The notes under the pieces were generated by a model. It saw nothing but the letters and a program-made list of their open reading frames with translations, was not told the DNA's origin and ran no database searches. Positions 57,901 through 64,000 of a stretch of 64,000 bases of DNA are shown piece by piece. The DNA comes from Botryllus schlosseri (lineage: Eukaryota), in assembly GCA_051294905.1 (NCBI GenBank), contig CM119379.1, positions 18,910,001-18,974,000 on the forward strand, in the 5' to 3' direction. The translations under genes were made by a program, and so were the position numbers. Numbering within the stretch: position 1 is the first letter of the stretch; every line of letters begins with the position of its first letter.

Positions 57901-60900
57901 GAGGTATGGACTTTATCGTCACGTAAAGTGTGCCGGGGTATCTCTGTCGCGGGTGATTCAGCCACCAATTGTGAGCCTGTTCTGCGGACGGATCTAAATA
58001 GAATAAAAAAAACGCATGAATCAAAGCTTCAGACCAACTCATGAAAATACTTACCCTGCCAGCCACCGGACCTTGGCGGATGGAATAGTTGCAAACGCAT
58101 TTTCCTGCCAGCATTCGGCTGCCCGTTATTGCTCACAAGCTATCGTAAAATGATTTCAATTAGTATTTTGACTGTCACAAGCATATAAGCTGGTCGGCAT
58201 GAGAGTTTAGTAGCAAATAGGTGTGGATACAGACAAGTTGTCAAAATTTATATGCATGTGTGCAAAAATGCGATGAAAGATTGCTTCTGCCAATTCTAAG
58301 CATTCTGGATTTGAAAACAATATTGAAACTCAATTCTTTCAACTGTGAGTCACTTCTTATGATTTTACTTTGGCGATATATCAAATAGCACGTTCAATCG
58401 AGTAGAGTAACAAGAGAATTGCGACTAGAGTCAAGTCATTACAACCCTGTCAACATGGTACATTAGATGCGACACGTCACCTTCAAAAACGCCCACGCCA
58501 CATTGTGCCACCCTTTTTCACTTCCTCCTTTGACGTTATTTGCCTTTTCCATAGCCACGAAATCTCGGATCTGAATCACACATGAAGAAAAAAATCGAAC
58601 GCCGATACTATCAAAGTATTCAAATGCAATCGCGTACCACAAAAAACAATATTGGTTTCGATGCGGTGAGCGATGTGGGCGCACTTGTGAGCCTAGCAAA
58701 AGACTCGTTGAACAGGAGCTGTTCTTCCCAGCGTGGCAGCAACGATCTGTTCAGCTTGAAGTCGTACGGCTGCGTCATCAGAGGCACGATCGTGCTGACT
58801 GTGTCGCTTTCGTAGTAAGAGGAAACGTGACGAGCACTAAAACATATTCGACATCGTAAATTATCGCGAAGAACAAGCATTGTAGCTTCATGGTTATATC
58901 TGCTGTCCTGTAAAACCAGGGCTCTCAGGTTTGATTCCTGCTGTATATCTCCTGAGAACCAGAAAGGAAGGAAAGGACGTAGTTTATTTTTGTCCTTGAT
59001 GTTTTTTGCGGCATATACACCGACTCATGATACACATACACACGATCTGTGCATATGCATACCATGAGTGCATGACGTGCATATGCCGCTGGACAACGAA
59101 GTGCAGATATAGCCTTTACGGCTTCCTAAGTCATGCACCACCCCTCCATGCTATCCCAGTAATGCATGAGCGCCAAGCAGGGAAGTCATGGATACCAGTG
59201 TTACTAATCAGGTCTTTGGTATGACCCGGCCGGAGATAAAACCCAAGACCTACCGATCAAGAAGCCGGACGCTTCACCATTACGCTAGAGGCGGTAAATA
59301 ACAAATTATACTTTTTTGAAGTAGCCTACCAAAGTGATTTTTATTTCCTTGCACTACATCGGCCATATTGACCCTATATTATCTATTTTGACTCACAAAG
59401 AGCCATACATGGCAATCGACTACTACGTCACAATTGTGACGTCATCGTAGCGCAAGTTCAAAATCACTACATGGGGTTCGCCGTTTGCACCGTATTTTCT
59501 CGGTAAAAACTCGTACTAATCATGCTGGTTGCCTTATTTGAGTAATGAGTTGCAAAACTTGAGGTACAAAGATCTTTTCCAAGTTAGGTAGTTTTAGTTG
59601 TATTGCACTGAGAGGCATATGATATTTTTTGAAGCTTAAGACGATTAACATTTAGATTTCCAACAGACAACAGTAAAAGTATGAATCTACCTATTACATG
59701 CTTTTTATGGTTAATGCGTCTTTTGGCGTTGCATGGCTTGGTTGGTAGTGCATGCATGGTTTTGATAGTGAAATCGCCACAACAACTGGGTGAAGTAGAA
59801 CTTATATCACGGTAACTGAGCATTTTCGCCTGTTGCCTATGTAAACTTGCATTCTTGCACTTGCATCGGCTTGCTATCAAACACCTTCACAAAAGCGTAC
59901 CTGTCGAATTTATTGATGTATTTCCCTGTCACGGCATCCACGATAGACACTTTAACCACGGGGTGCGCGACAAACTTGGGGTCGACTCGAATGTAATCGC
60001 AATGGTGAACGGTCACCCCCAATATAGTCCCGTCGTCTTCGATTTGTTCCTCCGCGGGGGTGTCGGCGGCCGGCGTGTCTTGCGGCTCTGTGACGGGCCC
60101 TTCAGCCTCTTGGTTTTCCCCCTCTACACCGTCTGCCCTGGGCAAGGCTCTCGGAGCACCTGGGAATATTAACGAGACAAACGTCGACATTTTACTTCTT
60201 AATCTTACAAAAAATACTTACGATAAGAATTCAAAGGACAGTCAATTACTAGCCAGCGGTAACTGGGGCCGGACGTAACAATTTGAGTACTCAAATCCGA
60301 GTCAAGTATGAATACTAATGATTCTAGTCTAGTCTATTTTGCACAGCATGCAGCGGGCATCATTTTTCTAGTAGATACAATTACCAGAGGTGGTCAAAGT
60401 AGTCAAGAAAGCTACTCAAGTAGAAGTAGAAGTACCGACGAAAAGATCTACTCAAGTACGAGTAGAAGTACTTCTTGCAGTAGCAACCTAAATCTACTTG
60501 AAGTAGAAGTACAATTGACTGACTTTAAATCTACTCAAGTAAGTAAGTAGTTGTGAAAACGATCGTAATGCGTTCGCATGTCAAAAGCGGCAAATCGAGC
60601 TATGCGGAAGGTGTAGAGAGCTTGGTTCACATTGATGCATCCCAGGAGGTGCCAATTTTGACAGAATAAGCAGTCGTACACATCATGGGATGTAATGATA
60701 GCATTCATATGGAAACTAATCCTTTGATATGGAAACTAATCCTTTGTTTACTCGAACACCCCGTTTTAGAGAATATCACGGCATGGCGCGCTACCCCATA
60801 TTATAAGGCCCCTAGTTCAGTCGAAGAGCAATACGGAAAAGTTGTGTCGGATACGGCTTTAACACTTTGCGCGATTAGTATACGTTAATCAAAAATATGG

Positions 60901-63900
60901 CAGATCGTAAAAATCCCATAAAGTGTATTATAGCTTTATTTTGGAAAATATAAGTCATTACTACGCTTGCTTTTATATTTCAACATGTATGTTCTCCAGA
61001 CAAAAGAACTGAAACTATAATTAGAACTGAACGTGTATTACTTGTAATTGAAAGAAAAATACAAATACTACTTCTAAAAAGCGGAAAATATATTTCATGT
61101 CTTTTGTCCAGAAAATTTCAACGGCGGTTTGTAAAGCAGGTCTAACGTTGAAAAAAGTCAATTTCCACTTTTTCAGATTAGGACACGTCATGGTCTGCTA
61201 GGTATAATAGGTAATTGCTAGATTACGAAACGGTAGTTTCAAACGTTAGGGGGAAGGCATATTTACTGTGATGAAATATTTGATATAGGCGACAATTAAT
61301 GCGGTGTGAACGGAATCACGCAACCCGGTATCTAAATTATATTCAGCGATACTTTCGTTAAAACATATTTGTCACTCCATATCTACTGTGTGAGAAGCGC
61401 AACGGAAATTCTGGGTATTACGTGACTTTTATGGAAATTAAATGTTGGTACTACGTGAAAACAGCCCCGAAATTCCTTGGGCTATCTTTCTTATTGGGGA
61501 TTGACCGATTGGCAACGGCTGCCATTTTCGAAAAATTTTACTGCATTTTTCAAAATCTAAAAATGGTACCTTGCTGGGACCCGAACACAGTGAACCAGGT
61601 ATCTTTCGATTCAAAATGTCAACGCACAGCCGATTGCGCCACTCAAATCGACACCGACGATGTGTCTGATTACTTATATCAAGAGCAAGCCGAGAAAGCG
61701 TTGGTTGGGAACAGAAATGCTAAATTGCGGACCTTATGAACCTTAGTATAGGTATTCGCTGACGATAGAGTCTTATGTATTGTATAGGCACAGTATTCAT
61801 TGTTCTAGAGAGCCCTGAGTCGACACTCTACGTCTAACAGGCGATAATTTCTAATCAAAACACTACCGACCGTTTTAGTCAACTCGCGCCGAGAGAATGA
61901 GTCATGCGGCGAGTGACGCGCGTATGGTAACTTCTAAGGCTTATAACTGAAACTGTTGTGAACCTAAATCAGTCATTTTAGTCTTCCTAGACGGAGATTA
62001 TACAGTCCTTACCACAATGATATACTGCAAATGCTTATCATTACTGCAACGTAAAGTTTATGCTGTTATTTGGTAGCACTTCCGTCCAATATATACAACA
62101 TTTTGCGGGTAATGCACACCGAGTAGTATTGCAGTTATTACGATATATACATGACTAATAACTGTTGTCTGATGTAGATATAATCTTATGGGCATGTACC
62201 CTTCACAGAAACAATCTAAGAATGTATATTACAAACAGAATTCAGGACATATCCCTTTATGTTATGGATATTCGTCCCTGCGTTTGACACTACCGTGGTA
62301 GTCTGCAGCGATTTTCTTCGCGATTTTCAGAAGCGGCCTTGGGGTGACTTAGGCATAACTAATGTTGTTTACATTGGCCTTGTAGGTGGAGATTGACTAG
62401 TTTTATTGAATGAGACAAACCGCAAATGCTTATCATTACTACAACGTAAGATATATATCGATGTACGACAGCTCTTTGTATATCTAGACGCACGCTTTTG
62501 CGTAGGTATAATCGCTGAGTAATTTTGTGCGTATTCCGAATTATACTTCGCCATTAGCCGTTATTTAGAATCATACAGGTAACAACAATCCACAGACACA
62601 ATCTATGAAGGTCTATGGCTATTAGAACACGATATATATGACGTTATGTGACGGGTATTCATCCATCTGCTTGAAGCTGGTACGGTAGTCTGCGGGAATT
62701 CGCTTCCCGATTTCCAATGCAACCTTGAGCGGTGTGGAACTAACTAGTATAGTTGTTTTAGCTAAAAAAAAAACAGAAGCTGACAATCCCTATTCATAGC
62801 AACTAACTACAGCTGGTTATGACGAATAAAACCAAATGTACAACAGTATATATGAAGGGTATGAGGAACGCGCGTCTGTGCAATGATGCTTCGGCGGATA
62901 TTGTTGTCACGCGGCCTATCACATAGCTTTTGAACAGCTCATATGTAACTAATATCAGATATGAAGATATGTGTGGACTTGTATGAACGCTAGCTATTCA
63001 CATAAGAAACAACTATGTCCTAAGCCGGCTAGAGCGAAACATACAGAACGTTATCTGAGAGTAGTCAATGACGCGCGAATTGCCGAGACAGTGTATTTTG
63101 CCCCATATTTATCTACGGTGTTTGTTATACGATTTTGACGTCTTAGATATAATAAATATAAAATAACAAGGTATCTATGAACTGGTACGAACAATATCTA
63201 TTCACAGAAATGAACAGCAACGACCTAGCACGATTAATATGTAATATATCTTGGTTTCAATTACGGTACCCTTCTCTCGTATCGGCATGTCGAAAAATAG
63301 ACACGCCGGTGCCAAACGGTTAAACTACTTCTACCTGACAAACTGAGAATAGCGAAAAGTAAGTAAGTAGTTCGGAAAATATTACGAAGTCGAAGTAGTG
63401 AAAAAAGATATACTTGAGTAAGTACCAGAAGTACTTCGTTACTGACCACCTCTGACAATTACGCCTGTTATTGAGTCATGATAGGTGGTACTCTAATCCG
63501 AATTGAATCACCCAGATATTGAACAAATTCGGAGTGGGCCTGAATCTGATTTAGGAATATTCACCACCCAGGGCCGAAGTGGTGTTTTTAAGAATGGTCT
63601 CCATTGTGAAATTAGGTGACTGCGGAGTCCGAAACTACTGGCACGGCACCATTACAAGCAAGGTTACCATCGACATGGATGAAAACTAAGGACGGTCAAT
63701 CAAACTGAGAAATTCGCAAACTGATGACCAAGAAAAAATAACGACAACATTTATGGCCACTGATACTGTCTGTTCACGCCTTTTTTGGTAAGGGGCTGAC
63801 TTGAAGGAAAGTCATCACTTTTGCCCAGTCGTAATCACGGCCTCATTGCCGTAAAATGGACAAAATGTGGACTCAAGTCAATTGGCCAACAGACACCCCC

Positions 63901-64000
63901 TAATGGGATTGCATAGGAGTAAAGGAATACAAATATGAAAGATAAAGCACCCTTTTTTGTCTTCTTCTTCCTGCGTACGGTTGCTTTTGGAGCAGTAGTT
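45973..64000 (-). CDS. AHI1: Jouberin / AHI1 (C2-like region, WD40 repeats, SH3), 5' end outside the window
   Basis: Phase-consistent GT-AG exons: 63951->64000, 59901-60159, 58638-58836, 58481-58570, 58055-58139, 57890-57993, 56280-56444, 55319-55451, 54832-54955, 54666-54772, 52993-53106, 52830-52936, 52147-52265, 51953-52083, 51541-51681, 51249-51311, 51109-51191, 49456-49551, 49279-49396, 48638-48753, 47530-47695 (SH3), 47388-47464, 46795-46889, 45973-46113. Motifs VSSYYE..PLMTQPYDFK, WEEQLLFNE, VAWAFLK, YPGTLYVT, WSRLPGQ, LTPCGS..FSGSEDG, RSDEL..RGD match vertebrate AHI1. Confidence 0.95.
52460..52800. repeat. Intronic degenerate tandem duplication (about 150-170 bp unit, about 2.5 copies)
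   Basis: Recurring ctcttgataa...cacacgaaaaa...gaatgtagtctggcatt blocks. Confidence 0.65.
53144..53895. mobile_element. Tc1/mariner-pogo-type MITE
   Basis: ta|ccgtaattttcca / tggaaaattacgg|ta; TA flanks; subterminal atgtataatacg repeats. Confidence 0.8.
55901..56148. mobile_element. Short CAGAGGTGGTCA-family hAT MITE, 248 bp
   Basis: Left TIR intact, right TIR eroded; TSD actacatc / attacatc. Confidence 0.75.
56606..57015. mobile_element. Intact CAGAGATGAGC hAT-like MITE with ggattagg repeats
   Basis: TIR cagagatgagc / gctcatctctg; perfect TSD atgtctag. Confidence 0.9.
58968..59294 (-). mobile_element. Near full-length tRNA-derived SINE (core resembles the MetaSINE domain)
   Basis: A-box head tagcgtaatgg, eroded B box, core ccaaagac...tggtatcc...cttccctgcttggcgctcatgcatt; two other partial copies in the window. 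The Meta-domain resemblance is from recall. Confidence 0.8.
60385..63454. mobile_element. CAGAGGTGGTCA-family hAT element, 3070 bp (the 1.3-kb form plus a nested insert)
   Basis: Perfect TSD acaattac; sequence is the reverse complement of 23376-24660 except for the 61504-63320 insert. Confidence 0.9.
61504..63320. mobile_element. Nested 1.8-kb TIR element with an internal direct duplication of about 390 bp
   Basis: Ends accgattggcaacggc / gccggtgccaaacggt; absent from the paralog at 23.5 kb (empty site ggattagactac); flanks tg / ta suggest a TA TSD. Confidence 0.75.

Overview
Eukaryotic, intron-rich, transposon-dense invertebrate DNA. The short introns and gene content fit a tunicate-like chordate, but the species cannot be fixed from sequence alone. 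All recognisable genes are on the minus strand. (1) About 6.7-14.1 kb: a spliced, apparently non-coding polycistronic snoRNA host gene resembling GAS5/UHG. It has one box C/D snoRNA per intron, including 11 tandem SNORD47/U47-like copies, 2 SNORD75/U75-like copies and 3 SNORD103-like copies. The 6.9-10.4 kb block looks like a CRISPR array but is a duplicated [exon + snoRNA intron] unit. (2) 15174-21082: a complete 9-exon KHDRBS (Sam68/SLM) gene. Its third intron is almost entirely a 2.9-kb Foldback/Mutator-like palindrome with a 9-bp TSD. (3) Two tandem MARVEL-domain genes (28405-28850 and 30869-38859). (4) AHI1/Jouberin (C2-like, WD40, SH3), 5'-truncated by the window edge, with a possible long C-terminal exon. 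A probable pseudogene broken by a hAT insertion lies at 2.1-4.4 kb. The rest is non-autonomous DNA transposons (many with exact TSDs, several nested), tRNA-derived SINEs and a Penelope GIY-YIG remnant. snoRNA family names and rRNA target numbers come from my recall of vertebrate sequences and need Rfam/Infernal confirmation.
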